DNA from: Lachnospiraceae bacterium
GTDB lineage: Bacteria; Bacillota_I; Bacilli_A; RFN20; CAG-826
DNA length: 64,000 nucleotides
Direction of reading: 5' to 3'
NCBI GenBank assembly: GCA_963657245.1
Contig: CAVKLJ010000002.1
Location: forward strand, 59,801-123,800
Part shown: positions 49,191 through 59,766 of the stretch, one piece after another
Numbering within the stretch: position 1 is the stretch's first letter
Layout of the letters: every line of letters starts with the position of its first letter
Position numbers and translations under genes: made by a program
Notes under the pieces: model-generated
Database searches by the model: none
The model's input: only the letters and a program-made list of their open reading frames with translations
Told to the model about the DNA's origin: nothing

Positions 49191-52100
49191 ATGTTTGATG
49201 TTAATAATTTAGCCGCGATGCAAGTCGGACTTGCCTCCCCAGATACTATTCGTTCTTGGTCTCATGGTGAAGTTATCAATTCCGAAACCATTAACTATCG
49301 TTCCCATAAGCCAGAATTCGGTGGCTTATTCTGCGAGCAAATATTCGGTCCTGTGAAGGATTATGAATGTTCTTGCGGAAAATATAAGAAGATGCGTTTC
49401 CAAGGCACAACTTGTGAGAAGTGCCATGTCGAAGTCATCTCCAAAGAGTGGAGAAGAGAAAGATTCGGTCATATCGAATTAGTCTCTCCTTGCACCCACA
49501 TCTGGTACTTAAAAGGCATTCCTTCCCGTATTGGCTTACTTCTTGATATGTCTCCAAAAGAGCTTGAAGAAGTTGTCTATTTCGCTGGACACGTTTGCCT
49601 TAATCCAGGTAGCTCAACTGTCTTAAAGAAGAAAGAATTCTTCAATGATTCAGAAGAGAGCAGAAATACATTCGTCAATGCAATCTTAGCCTTCAAAGAT
49701 CAAATCCCTGAAGGCAGTGCAGATTCCCTCAAGGCTGAGGAAATCATTGCCCGTTTACAAAATAGAATGGAAACATTCGACTTCCTTTCCACAACGGCAT
49801 TCGTTGCAAAATACACCGGTGCTGAATTTGGTGAGGGAGCTTCATCCGTCAAACGTCTTCTTTCTGAAGTTGATTTGGAAGAAGAATATAAGACGTTAAC
49901 AGCCAAAATTCACGATGCAACAGGCCAAGCCCGTTTGAAATTAGCCAAGAGACTCGAAGTTGTCGAAGCCTTCCGCAATTCCAATCAAAAGCCTGAATGG
50001 ATGGTACTTGACGTAATTCCAGTAATTCCACCAGAGCTCCGTCCTATGCTTCAGCTTGATGGTGGACGTTTCACTGATTCTGATATCAATGATTTATATC
50101 GTCGTGTCATCATCCGTAACAATCGTTTAAAGAAACTTATCGAAAACAATTCTCCAAGCGTCATTCTCATGAATGAGAAACGTATGCTTCAAGAAGCGGT
50201 TGACGCTTTAATCGATAACGGTCGTCGTGGAAAACCAACCCCAGGAAAGAATGGCCGTCCTCTTAAGTCCTTATCAAGCGGCTTAAAAGGTAAGCAAGGT
50301 CGTTTCAGACAAAACTTACTTGGTAAGCGTGTCGATTACTCTGGTCGTTCGGTTATCGCCGTTGGTCCATCATTAAAGATGTATCAATGTGGACTTCCAC
50401 GCGAAATGGCCGTCCAACTCTTACGTCCATTTATCTCTGCAATCCTTCTTAAGAGAGGTATTGTCACTGCTCATAGACAAGCTGATAAATTAATTGATGC
50501 CTATGATCCAAAGGTCTACGACATTGTTGAAGAAATAATTGGCCAACACCCAGTTCTTCTTAACCGTGCTCCAACCCTTCATAGACTTTCAATCCAAGCC
50601 TTCCAACCAGTCTTAGTTGATGGACACGCAATCCGTTTACACCCACTCGTTTGCCCTGGCTTCAACGCCGACTTCGATGGTGACCAGATGGCTGTTCACG
50701 TCCCTCTTGGAAAGGCCGCTCAAGAAGAAGCTCTTGATTTGATGCTTGCTTCTAATAACATCCTTGGTCCAAAAGATGGAAAAGCAATCGTTATTCCTTC
50801 TCAGGACATGGTCCTTGGCAACTACTATCTTACCGAAGAAGAATCACGCGTTGACATGTTTAACCGTGCAAGAGATATTCGTAAGGTCACAGTATATGAT
50901 GAAGCTGAAAAGGCTGCTAACGAAAAGGCCGCTCTTCAACAAGAAGAATATGCCAAAGAAGAAGGCAGAATCTTCGGTTCCGTCCAAGCAGTTATGCAAG
51001 CCTACGAGAATGGCTCAATTCAAATCCATACCCGTATCGTCATTCCTGCAAAAGCTTTACACAAGACATTTGGCGATGATTTAACAGTTTATGCCTTACC
51101 AGCAGACGTTGAGAATAAATATCTCATCACCACAGTTGGTAAGATCATCTTCAACGAACTCTTCCCAGATGACTTCGTATATATCAACTCTAGCAAACCT
51201 GCTTCCATCAATCGTGACACCATCGAATCTTGGTTCGTCTCACCAAAAGATCTCCAAGAGAAACATGATGCCCTTGAAGCAAAGATTGCTGGACTTAGCG
51301 ATGAAGATGCTTGCAAATACATCATCGATACCTACTACAAGGCTCCAAAAGAGAAAGGCTCTTCTGAACTTGTCTTCATCGATGAACACTATAAAGAAGC
51401 AGACTTCGACGAACTTGCCAAGATCGCTCTCGCCCTCCATAAAGACGGCGACAACCTTGGCGAACATATCTGCTTAACCAATATCCGTAAGGCTATTGCT
51501 AAGAAAGATATCGGTGCAATCATCGATATGGTCTTCCATAAATACGATATGAAAGACGAAAATGTCGCTGAATTCAAACCTTCAAAGACATCTGCAATCT
51601 TAGATAAGATCAAAGACCAAGGTTTCAAATATTCAACAATTTCCTCTGTTACCATCGCTCTCTCTGATATCAAAGATATTAAGAACAAAGATGGATTCGT
51701 TAACGAAGGACAAGCTAAAGTTGAAAAGGTCAATGAAGCATATGATGAAGGTTACATCACAAACGATGAACGTTACCATCAAGTAATCGATATCTGGAAC
51801 AAAGTCACCGACAGAGTTGCAGATGAGGTTGCTGCATACATGAAGAAGGATAATCGTAATCCTTTGATCATCATGGCCGATTCTGGCGCTCGTGGATCTA
51901 TCGCGAACTTCAAACAGTTAATCGGTATGAAAGGCCTTGTTTCTAACCCTAAGAACGAAGCTATCGAACTTCCTATTATTTCCTCCTACCGTACTGGTGT
52001 TAAGGTTAACGAATTCTTCATTAACACACACGGTGCTCGTAAAGGTGGAGCTGATACAGCTTTAAAGACAGCCGACTCTGGTTACTTAACAAGACGTCTT

Positions 52101-53384
52101 GTCGACGTTTCTCAAGACGTTATCGTCCGTGAGGATGATTGCCATTGCGATCATGGCTATAAAGTTAGAAAGATCGAAAAGAAGACAGCCGCTGGCAATA
52201 TGGAAACAATTGCTACCCTCTCTTCCCGTATCAATGGCCGTTATTCGATGCACGATATCGTTAACCCAACAACAGGTGAAATCATCGTTCCAGAAAATAC
52301 ACTCATCAGCGAAGCACAAGCTCTTGAAGTTGAAAAAGCTGGAGTTGAAGAAGTGGAAATCCGTTCCATCTTCACTTGCCAAACAAAAGAAGGCGTTTGC
52401 CGTCATTGTTATGGTCTTAACATGGCCACTGGTCACCTTGTCCAACTTGGTGAAGCGGTTGGTATCATGGCCGCTCAATCCATTGGTGAACCTGGTACGC
52501 AGTTAACAATGCGTGTCTTCCACACTGGTGGTATGGCTGGCGAAGATATTACTTCCGGTCTTCCACGTGTCCAAGAACTTGTCGAAGCTCGTAATCCAAA
52601 AGGACAAGCTATCATCTCCAAGTTCGATGGCACAGTCACAAAACTTGAGCATAGAGACGATGGAACACATCTCGTTACAATCACCTCAACTGCCAAACAC
52701 ACAGTTGAAAGCAACGAAGCTGAAGTCGAAACCTATGAAATCCCACGTAATGCTAAACTTGCAGACGACCTCAAAGTCGGCTCCTTCGTTGAAGCGGGTG
52801 GATTCATCACTAAAGGTTCGAAGAAACTTCAAGATCTCCTTGATTACACGGATGTTCCAACAGTTGAAAGCTACCTCTTAAAAGAAATTAAGATGGTCTA
52901 TGCCGCTCAGGGTATCGAACTTTCCGATAAACACCTTGAAATCATCATCCGTCAAATGTTACGTAAGATGTTCATCACCGATTCTGGTGATACCAGCCTC
53001 TTACCAGGCGTTAGAGTCGATATCGATCGTTACACCGAAAGTAACCAAAATGCCCTTGTCAATGGCTTACGTCCAGCAATTGGCCGTCCATTGATCTTAG
53101 GTATCACAAAGGCTGCTTTGGAAACCGAATCCTTCCTCTCTGCCGCCTCTTTCCAGGAAACAACCCGTGTCCTTACCGACGCTGCAATTAAAGCAAAACG
53201 CGATAACCTCCATGGTTTGAAAGAGAATGTCATCACTGGCAAACTCATTCCTACAGGTTCAGGCTTATTGACTGAAGAAGAAGAGAAAGAACGTCTCTCT
53301 CGCTTCGATGTCTTAAGCAAGATGAAAGATGTCAAGGCTCAATACGTTGAAGCTCATGACCGCAAGGATAATCTTGTTGACTAA
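49191..53384 (+). CDS. rpoC: DNA-directed RNA polymerase subunit beta-prime (1397 aa, lineage-specific insertions)
   Basis: Zn-finger CSCGKYKKMRFQGTTCEKC; the NADFDGD active site; trigger-loop region. A roughly 250-aa non-conserved insertion (about 50.9-51.8 kb) is present. Confidence 0.98.
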   Translation: MFDVNNLAAMQVGLASPDTIRSWSHGEVINSETINYRSHKPEFGGLFCEQIFGPVKDYECSCGKYKKMRFQGTTCEKCHVEVISKEWRRERFGHIELVSPCTHIWYLKGIPSRIGLLLDMSPKELEEVVYFAGHVCLNPGSSTVLKKKEFFNDSEESRNTFVNAILAFKDQIPEGSADSLKAEEIIARLQNRMETFDFLSTTAFVAKYTGAEFGEGASSVKRLLSEVDLEEEYKTLTAKIHDATGQARLKLAKRLEVVEAFRNSNQKPEWMVLDVIPVIPPELRPMLQLDGGRFTDSDINDLYRRVIIRNNRLKKLIENNSPSVILMNEKRMLQEAVDALIDNGRRGKPTPGKNGRPLKSLSSGLKGKQGRFRQNLLGKRVDYSGRSVIAVGPSLKMYQCGLPREMAVQLLRPFISAILLKRGIVTAHRQADKLIDAYDPKVYDIVEEIIGQHPVLLNRAPTLHRLSIQAFQPVLVDGHAIRLHPLVCPGFNADFDGDQMAVHVPLGKAAQEEALDLMLASNNILGPKDGKAIVIPSQDMVLGNYYLTEEESRVDMFNRARDIRKVTVYDEAEKAANEKAALQQEEYAKEEGRIFGSVQAVMQAYENGSIQIHTRIVIPAKALHKTFGDDLTVYALPADVENKYLITTVGKIIFNELFPDDFVYINSSKPASINRDTIESWFVSPKDLQEKHDALEAKIAGLSDEDACKYIIDTYYKAPKEKGSSELVFIDEHYKEADFDELAKIALALHKDGDNLGEHICLTNIRKAIAKKDIGAIIDMVFHKYDMKDENVAEFKPSKTSAILDKIKDQGFKYSTISSVTIALSDIKDIKNKDGFVNEGQAKVEKVNEAYDEGYITNDERYHQVIDIWNKVTDRVADEVAAYMKKDNRNPLIIMADSGARGSIANFKQLIGMKGLVSNPKNEAIELPIISSYRTGVKVNEFFINTHGARKGGADTALKTADSGYLTRRLVDVSQDVIVREDDCHCDHGYKVRKIEKKTAAGNMETIATLSSRINGRYSMHDIVNPTTGEIIVPENTLISEAQALEVEKAGVEEVEIRSIFTCQTKEGVCRHCYGLNMATGHLVQLGEAVGIMAAQSIGEPGTQLTMRVFHTGGMAGEDITSGLPRVQELVEARNPKGQAIISKFDGTVTKLEHRDDGTHLVTITSTAKHTVESNEAEVETYEIPRNAKLADDLKVGSFVEAGGFITKGSKKLQDLLDYTDVPTVESYLLKEIKMVYAAQGIELSDKHLEIIIRQMLRKMFITDSGDTSLLPGVRVDIDRYTESNQNALVNGLRPAIGRPLILGITKAALETESFLSAASFQETTRVLTDAAIKAKRDNLHGLKENVITGKLIPTGSGLLTEEEEKERLSRFDVLSKMKDVKAQYVEAHDRKDNLVD

Positions 53385-53409
53385 TACTTTCAAAAGGTAA
53401 TAAATGAAA

Positions 53410-53434
53410 GGTCGCACTAGTTGCGGCCTTTTTT
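53410..53434 (+). terminator. rho-independent terminator after rpoC
   Basis: GGTCGCA-ctagt-TGCGGCC followed by TTTTTT. Confidence 0.7.
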
Positions 53435-53471
53435 CTTATGTATAATACCAAAGGAATTTTAGTTATTTATT

Positions 53472-55109
53472 ATGAATGAGTTTTGGGGAAAAATATGGAA
53501 ATACATTGATGCATCCTTTGGCATCGATTTAATTAAGCAGGGGAACCCTCAAGGGTACGTCAACTGTATCTTTACAAGCCTTACATTGATTTTTGGTCTC
53601 TTATTAATATATAGGACTTTATATTTGATTCTTGGCTTATTTGGCAAATCAAGGAAATTTGCCAGTAAGAAAGATGATAAGAAATACGCTTTTGTTTTTT
53701 CTGCTCGTAACGAGGAAAAGGTCATCGGCAATCTTATCGATTCTGTAAGAGAATTAGACTATAACCAAGATAACATCGATATCATCGTTGTCGCGGATAA
53801 TTGCGATGATAGAACGGCAGAGATTGCCAAAGAAAAAGGTTGCATCGTCTATGAAAGACATGATCTTTCTAAATGCCGAAAAGGCTACGCCATCCAATAT
53901 CTCTTCAATCATTTAAAGAATGATTTACCTAATGGGATCGAGTCTTACTATGCCTATGTCTTTATGGATAGCGATAACGTCATGGCCAAAGATTTCTTGA
54001 ATAAGCTTAATGATGTTTTCCAATCTGGATACGATATTGCCACAGGTTACCGCAACGTTAAGAATGCGGATGAAAACTGGATAACCGCTTTAAGCGCAAT
54101 TAACTGGTATAGAGCGATTATTGTTTCTACTCGCGCTCGTTCCATTCTTAATTCCTGCGCCCAAATCTCTGGCACGGGTTATGGCGTTAGATCTTACCTT
54201 CTTAAAGATGGATGGGATTATACAATGATCACGGAAGATGGCGAAATGACCACACGCTTAATGGGGAATGAACCTGCTTTCAGAATCTTCTTCGACGAAG
54301 AAAACTATTCTAAGTACAAAAAAGAAAAATTCTTCCTTCTTTTGCCTAATGGCAAGAAAAAGAAACTCAAAGTCGTCAAAGGCAATAAGATGGATTTAGA
54401 AATTCCTTCAAAAGCCCTTAGCAAATTCGGAGTTGAAACGGAAACAAATGAATATGGCGATACATGCTTAAAAGGAAACCTTAAAGTCTTGCATGGCGAT
54501 GAGGAATTAACATTCGATAACACAAATTCTCATATTTCTCATTACATCCGTTTAGGTTATCAAGAAGAAGCACAGTTCTTCGATGAACAACCAACAACCA
54601 TTAAAATCACCCTCCGTCAAAGACTTCGTTGGTGTAAGGGTGGCATTATCAACTGGTTCTTTAACGATTGGAGATTGATGTTATCTTTCTTCAAACGTCC
54701 ACGTTGGTCTAAATATGATATCTATTGGGAAATGTTCCCTTATGGCCTTTGGACCTTCTTTATGGGTTTCTTCCAACTCTTGATAACGACAATTCTTTGG
54801 GCTACTGGGGCTTCAGGAGATGCAGTGGATGGATGGTGGAATATTTGGAACTACATCATTAACCTAACTCTTGTTCAATATCTTGGTGGCTTTATCACTG
54901 GTATTGCCGTTATTGTGAAGGAGTGGGATAAGGTTCATTTCACCTTTGCTGAAGCTTGTGCCTACGTTTTCCTCTGGCCATTCTACGATATGATTGGCAC
55001 GCCAGTATCGATCGTTTCTCTCTTTATGAGGGTCACTTGGAAACCAATTCCTCACCATGTTGTCAAAAATGGCGAAGAATTAATGGATGTTCATCACAAA
55101 AACAAATAA
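53472..55109 (+). CDS. membrane-embedded GT2-family processive glycosyltransferase with a roughly 100-aa insertion between the TED and QxxRW motifs
   Basis: N-terminal TM, DxD-type motifs (VVADNCDD, FMDSDN), ITEDGEM (TED), and QRLRWCKGG followed by C-terminal TM helices. Confidence 0.75.
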   Translation: MNEFWGKIWKYIDASFGIDLIKQGNPQGYVNCIFTSLTLIFGLLLIYRTLYLILGLFGKSRKFASKKDDKKYAFVFSARNEEKVIGNLIDSVRELDYNQDNIDIIVVADNCDDRTAEIAKEKGCIVYERHDLSKCRKGYAIQYLFNHLKNDLPNGIESYYAYVFMDSDNVMAKDFLNKLNDVFQSGYDIATGYRNVKNADENWITALSAINWYRAIIVSTRARSILNSCAQISGTGYGVRSYLLKDGWDYTMITEDGEMTTRLMGNEPAFRIFFDEENYSKYKKEKFFLLLPNGKKKKLKVVKGNKMDLEIPSKALSKFGVETETNEYGDTCLKGNLKVLHGDEELTFDNTNSHISHYIRLGYQEEAQFFDEQPTTIKITLRQRLRWCKGGIINWFFNDWRLMLSFFKRPRWSKYDIYWEMFPYGLWTFFMGFFQLLITTILWATGASGDAVDGWWNIWNYIINLTLVQYLGGFITGIAVIVKEWDKVHFTFAEACAYVFLWPFYDMIGTPVSIVSLFMRVTWKPIPHHVVKNGEELMDVHHKNK

Positions 55110-55193
55110 TTATTCAAAAAATATTTTTAGGGAAAAACAAGTAAGTTTAAAGTCCACTTAACCTTGTGTGTCAAAATTGCTATAAATTCGATG

Positions 55194-55221
55194 TTGACAA
55201 TCATTTTTGGGAAGGTAAAAT
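55194..55221 (+). promoter_or_regulatory. str operon promoter (TTGACA-16 nt-TAAAAT)
   Basis: Consensus promoter about 95 nt upstream of rpsL. Confidence 0.55.
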
Positions 55222-55234
55222 TCTCCTTGCATGT

Positions 55235-55258
55235 GAGAAGGGTATCTTCCCTTTTTTC
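55235..55258 (+). terminator. terminator-like hairpin plus U-tract inside the rpsL leader (possible attenuator)
   Basis: (G)AGAAGGG-tatctt-CCCTTTT(TT). It lies downstream of the promoter and upstream of the rpsL RBS. Confidence 0.4.
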
Positions 55259-55294
55259 ACGAATGCGTTAACTCGTAAAGGAGAATAGGACAAA

Positions 55295-55714
55295 ATGCCT
55301 ACAATTAATCAGCTTGTCCGTTCTGGCAGAAAGAGCAACGTTAAGAAATCTAAGTCACCAGCCTTAGGCAAACGTTACAACTCTCTTACCAAGACGACAA
55401 CAAATCAACCAAGTGCTCAAAAGCGTGGTGTTTGCACCCGTGTTGGCACAATGACTCCTAAGAAGCCTAACTCAGCTCTTAGAAAATACGCCCGTGTCCG
55501 TCTTTCTAATGGTTATGAAGTCACCGCTTATATCGGTGGTGAAGGACATAACTTACAAGAACACTCCACCGTTATGATTCGTGGTGGCCGTGTTAAAGAC
55601 CTTCCAGGTGTCCGTTACCACATCATCCGTGGTACACTCGACTGCGCCGGTATCGAAGCGCGTCGCCAGGGCCGTAGCCTTTATGGCACGAAGAAACCAG
55701 CCCCTGCTAAATAA
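55295..55714 (+). CDS. rpsL: 30S ribosomal protein S12
   Basis: [13 protein letters not shown]...[10 protein letters not shown] matches S12. Confidence 0.98.
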   Translation: MPTINQLVRSGRKSNVKKSKSPALGKRYNSLTKTTTNQPSAQKRGVCTRVGTMTPKKPNSALRKYARVRLSNGYEVTAYIGGEGHNLQEHSTVMIRGGRVKDLPGVRYHIIRGTLDCAGIEARRQGRSLYGTKKPAPAK

Positions 55715-55735
55715 TAGAAAGGATTAGAAGATTTT

Positions 55736-56206
55736 ATGTCACGTAAAGGAAAAACTGAAAAGCGCGATGTCTTGCCAGATCCAATCTATAACAGCAAGCT
55801 CGTTACCCGTTTGATCAACCGTGTTATGTATGACGGCAAGAGAGGAACTGCTCAAACCATCATCTATAACTCCTTCAAGATCATCGAAGAAAAAACCCAA
55901 AAACCTGCCATTGATGTCTTTGCAACCGCAATCAACAACATCATGCCAGAAGTTGAACTCAAAGTTCGCCGTATTGGTGCTGCAAACTATCAAGTTCCAG
56001 TCGAAGTCAGCCCAGAGAGAAAACAAACTCTTGGCCTTCGTTGGTTAGTTACCTACTCCCGTCTTCGTAACGAAAAGACAATGGAACAAAAATTAGCTGC
56101 TGAAATCATTGATGCCGCTAATGGAAGTGGCGCTTCCGTCAAGAAGAAGGAAGATGTCCATAAGATGGCAGAAGCCAATAAGGCATATGCTCATTATCGC
56201 TGGTAA
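55736..56206 (+). CDS. rpsG: 30S ribosomal protein S7
   Basis: [23 protein letters not shown] matches S7. Confidence 0.98.
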   Translation: MSRKGKTEKRDVLPDPIYNSKLVTRLINRVMYDGKRGTAQTIIYNSFKIIEEKTQKPAIDVFATAINNIMPEVELKVRRIGAANYQVPVEVSPERKQTLGLRWLVTYSRLRNEKTMEQKLAAEIIDAANGSGASVKKKEDVHKMAEANKAYAHYRW

Positions 56207-56220
56207 TAAGGAGAATACCC

Positions 56221-58323
56221 ATGGCTGTTGATGAAAACGAAATAGTTGAGAGCTCGACCTACGATCTCCCACACACCCGCAACATTGGTATTATGGCTCA
56301 CATCGATGCTGGTAAAACAACAACGACTGAGCGTATCCTCTATTACACTGGACGTACCCACAAGATCGGCGAAGTTCACGAAGGAACCGCCGTTATGGAC
56401 TGGATGGTCCAAGAGCAAGAACGTGGTGTTACAATCACCGCATCTGCAACCACCGCCTTCTGGAAAGGCTATCGTGTCAACATCATCGATACCCCAGGGC
56501 ACGTTGACTTCACAGTCGAAGTCGAACGTTCTCTTCGTGTTCTCGATGGCGCTGTCACAGTCCTCGACTCCAAGAACGGTGTTGAACCACAAACCGAAAC
56601 AGTTTGGAGACAAGCTGATAAGTATGGTGTTCCAAGAATCGTCTTCTGTAACAAAATGGACGCTATCGGTGCTGACTTCTATATGTGCTTAGACACATTA
56701 AAAGAAAGACTTGGCGTCAAATATGCTGCATTCCAACTTCCTATTGGCAAAGAAAGCCAATTCAAAGGCGAAGTTGACCTTGTCACCATGACCGCTTGGA
56801 TCTTCGGTGATAATAAAGATGATGTCCCACAACACGTCGATATCCCAGAAGACCTCAAAGATAAGGCTGCCGAATATCACCAAAAACTCGTCGAAGCCCT
56901 TGCTGACTATGATGAGGACTTAATGATGATGGTCCTTGATGGACAAGAGCCAAGCGTTGATCAAATCAAAGCCGCTGCTCGTAAAGCCGTCTTAACTTCC
57001 CAATTCTTCCCAGTATTCTGCGGAACCGCCTTCAAGAACAAAGGTGTTCAACTTTTACTTGATGCCGTTCTTGATTACCTTCCATCACCTCTTGATATCC
57101 ATGGTGAAAAAGGAACACTCAATGGTGAAGAATATACTTGTAAGGTTACAGACAATGCTCCATTTGTTGGTCTTGCCTTCAAGATTGCTACCGATCCATT
57201 CGTTGGCCGTTTAGCCTATGTCCGTGTCTATCAAGGCGTTCTTAAGAGCGGAACCTATGTTCTTAACTCTTCTAACGGCAAACAAGAACGTATTGCTCGT
57301 TTAGTCTTGATGCACGCTAACCACCGTCAAGAAGTTGATTGCTTGCACGCTGGTGAAATCGGTGCCGTCGTCGGCTTAAAGAACACCACAACCGGTGATA
57401 CACTTGCTGATCCATCCGAACCAGTAGTTCTCGAATCACTTGAATTCCCTGAACCAGTCTTGGAACAAGCCGTTGAGCCAAAGACCAAAGCTGACTTAGA
57501 GAAGATGAACGTGGCTATCCAAAAATTAGCCGAAGAAGATCCTACATTCAAAGCTCATACAAATACTGAAACTGGCCAAACAATCATTGGCGGTGTCGGC
57601 GAACTTCAACTTGATATCATCGTCGACCGTATGAGAAGAGAATTCGGCGTCGAAGTTAACGTTGGAAGACCTCAAGTCAACTATCGTGAAACAATCCGTA
57701 AAACCGGTGAAGCCCAAGGACGTTATGTCAAACAGAGTGGTGGTCACGGTCAATATGGTGACGTTTGGATCCGTTTCGAACCAAACCCAGGCAAAGGCTT
57801 CGAGTTCGTCGATGCCATCGTTGGTGGAGCCGTTCCAAAAGAATTTATTAAACCAACACAACAAGGTCTTGAAGATGCCCTTACACGTGGCTTAGTCGCT
57901 GGCTATCCAGCAATCGACATCAAAGCAACACTCTTTGATGGTTCCTACCACGATGTTGACTCTTCAGAAGCCGCTTATAAGATTGCCGCTTCCATGGCTC
58001 TTAAAGCAGCAGCTGGAAAATGTGATCCAGTTATCCTTGAACCTGTTATGAAAGTCGAAATCACCGTTCCTGAAAAGTACTATGGCGATGTCATTGGTGA
58101 CGTCACTCGTAGACGTGGCGAAATCACAGGAGAAATCCAACGCGGTAACGCAAAGGAAATCGACTGCTTCGTCCCACTTGCAGAAATGTTCGGCTACGTA
58201 ACCGATCTTCGTTCGATGACCCAAGGACGTGGTAACTTCATGATGGCCTTTGACCACTATGGAGAATGTCCTCGTTACGTTCAAGATCAAATTATTGCAA
58301 ATAGCAATATGTCTAACCGCTAA
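56221..58323 (+). CDS. fusA: elongation factor G
   Basis: G-domain motifs [18 protein letters not shown]; domains II-V present. Confidence 0.98.
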   Translation: MAVDENEIVESSTYDLPHTRNIGIMAHIDAGKTTTTERILYYTGRTHKIGEVHEGTAVMDWMVQEQERGVTITASATTAFWKGYRVNIIDTPGHVDFTVEVERSLRVLDGAVTVLDSKNGVEPQTETVWRQADKYGVPRIVFCNKMDAIGADFYMCLDTLKERLGVKYAAFQLPIGKESQFKGEVDLVTMTAWIFGDNKDDVPQHVDIPEDLKDKAAEYHQKLVEALADYDEDLMMMVLDGQEPSVDQIKAAARKAVLTSQFFPVFCGTAFKNKGVQLLLDAVLDYLPSPLDIHGEKGTLNGEEYTCKVTDNAPFVGLAFKIATDPFVGRLAYVRVYQGVLKSGTYVLNSSNGKQERIARLVLMHANHRQEVDCLHAGEIGAVVGLKNTTTGDTLADPSEPVVLESLEFPEPVLEQAVEPKTKADLEKMNVAIQKLAEEDPTFKAHTNTETGQTIIGGVGELQLDIIVDRMRREFGVEVNVGRPQVNYRETIRKTGEAQGRYVKQSGGHGQYGDVWIRFEPNPGKGFEFVDAIVGGAVPKEFIKPTQQGLEDALTRGLVAGYPAIDIKATLFDGSYHDVDSSEAAYKIAASMALKAAAGKCDPVILEPVMKVEITVPEKYYGDVIGDVTRRRGEITGEIQRGNAKEIDCFVPLAEMFGYVTDLRSMTQGRGNFMMAFDHYGECPRYVQDQIIANSNMSNR

Positions 58324-58400
58324 TTTTATTGATTATTCACGAAGTGAGATTTACAATACATTAGCAATTTGTTTAAACCATTATTGGAGGAATAAAAACA

Positions 58401-59618
58401 ATGGCAAAAGAGAAATTCAACCGTGACCGCACCCACGTTAACGTTGGCACAATCGGCCACATCGACCATGGTAAGACAACCTTATCAGCTGCTATCATGC
58501 ACGTTCTTAGCTTAGTTGGCAAAGAGACCAACGGCGTCGAAGGAAATGCAAAAGACGTCGGCTATGCTGGCATTGACTCTACACCAGAAGAGAGAGCCCG
58601 TGGTATCACCATCAACTCTGCTCACGAAGAATACGAAACAAAGACACGTCACTATGCCCACGTTGACTGCCCAGGGCACGCTGACTACATCAAGAACATG
58701 ATTACCGGTGCCGCTCAAATGGATGCCGCTATCCTTGTTGTTGCTGCAACCGATGGCGTTATGCCTCAAACCCGTGAACACGTCCTTCTTGCTCGTCAAG
58801 TCGGTGTTCCAGCAATCATCGTCTTCCTTAACAAATGTGATATGGTCGACGATCCAGAATTAGTCGACTTAGTCGAAATGGACGTTCGCGACCTTCTCAC
58901 ATCCTATGGATTCCCAGGAGATACTCTCCCAGTCGTCCGTGGTTCCGCTTTAAAAGCTGGCCAAGTCACCTCTTCTAAAGATCCTGACGCAGCTTGCATC
59001 CTTGAGTTACTCCACGAACTCGATACCTATATCCCAGATCCAGTCCGTTCTGATGATAAGCCATTCTTAATGCCTATCGAAGACGTTATGACAATCTCTG
59101 GCCGTGGTACAGTCGTTACTGGCCGTGTCGAACGTGGTGTTGCAAAGATGAACGACGAAGCTGAAATCGTCGGTATCCGTCCAACAATCAAGACAGTTAT
59201 CACTGGTCTTGAAATGTTCCGTAAGACCCTTGATTTCGTTGAAGCTGGCGACAACGCTGGTGTTCTTCTCCGTGGTGTTACCCGTGATCAAGTCGAACGT
59301 GGCCAAGTTCTTGCTAAACCAGGATCTATCGTTCCACACGACAAATTCACCGCTACCGTCTACGTCCTTACAAAAGAAGAAGGCGGCCGTCACACAGGCT
59401 TCTTAAAAGGCTATCGTCCACAATTCTTCTTCCGTACAACCGATATCACCGGTACAATCGACCTCCCAGCCGATGTCGAAATGGTTATGCCTGGTGATCA
59501 CGTTACCTTCACAGTTAGCTTAATCCACCCAGTTGCTCTTGAAGCTGGTACTAAGTTCTCCATCCGTGAAGGCGGCAAGACCGTTGGTTCCGGACAGGTT
59601 GTTGACATCATTCACTAA
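58401..59618 (+). CDS. tuf: elongation factor Tu
   Basis: [18 protein letters not shown] motifs. 405 aa with a short insertion near residue 40. Confidence 0.98.
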   Translation: MAKEKFNRDRTHVNVGTIGHIDHGKTTLSAAIMHVLSLVGKETNGVEGNAKDVGYAGIDSTPEERARGITINSAHEEYETKTRHYAHVDCPGHADYIKNMITGAAQMDAAILVVAATDGVMPQTREHVLLARQVGVPAIIVFLNKCDMVDDPELVDLVEMDVRDLLTSYGFPGDTLPVVRGSALKAGQVTSSKDPDAACILELLHELDTYIPDPVRSDDKPFLMPIEDVMTISGRGTVVTGRVERGVAKMNDEAEIVGIRPTIKTVITGLEMFRKTLDFVEAGDNAGVLLRGVTRDQVERGQVLAKPGSIVPHDKFTATVYVLTKEEGGRHTGFLKGYRPQFFFRTTDITGTIDLPADVEMVMPGDHVTFTVSLIHPVALEAGTKFSIREGGKTVGSGQVVDIIH

Positions 59619-59635
59619 TTTTAATTAGTAACTCT

Positions 59636-59662
59636 AAGCCCTGGTTTTACTGGGGCTTTTTG
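59636..59662 (+). terminator. rho-independent terminator after tuf
   Basis: AGCCCTGG-loop-CTGGGGCT (includes G:U pairs) followed by TTTTTG. Confidence 0.6.
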
Positions 59663-59766
59663 CGTTTTTATGGTTTTTCGCCGGCAAAATAACATAGACT
59701 TTCCAAATATTTCACTTCACTACTATCCGTTGGACTATAATGGTGAAAGAAGGAGGACTTTAACAC

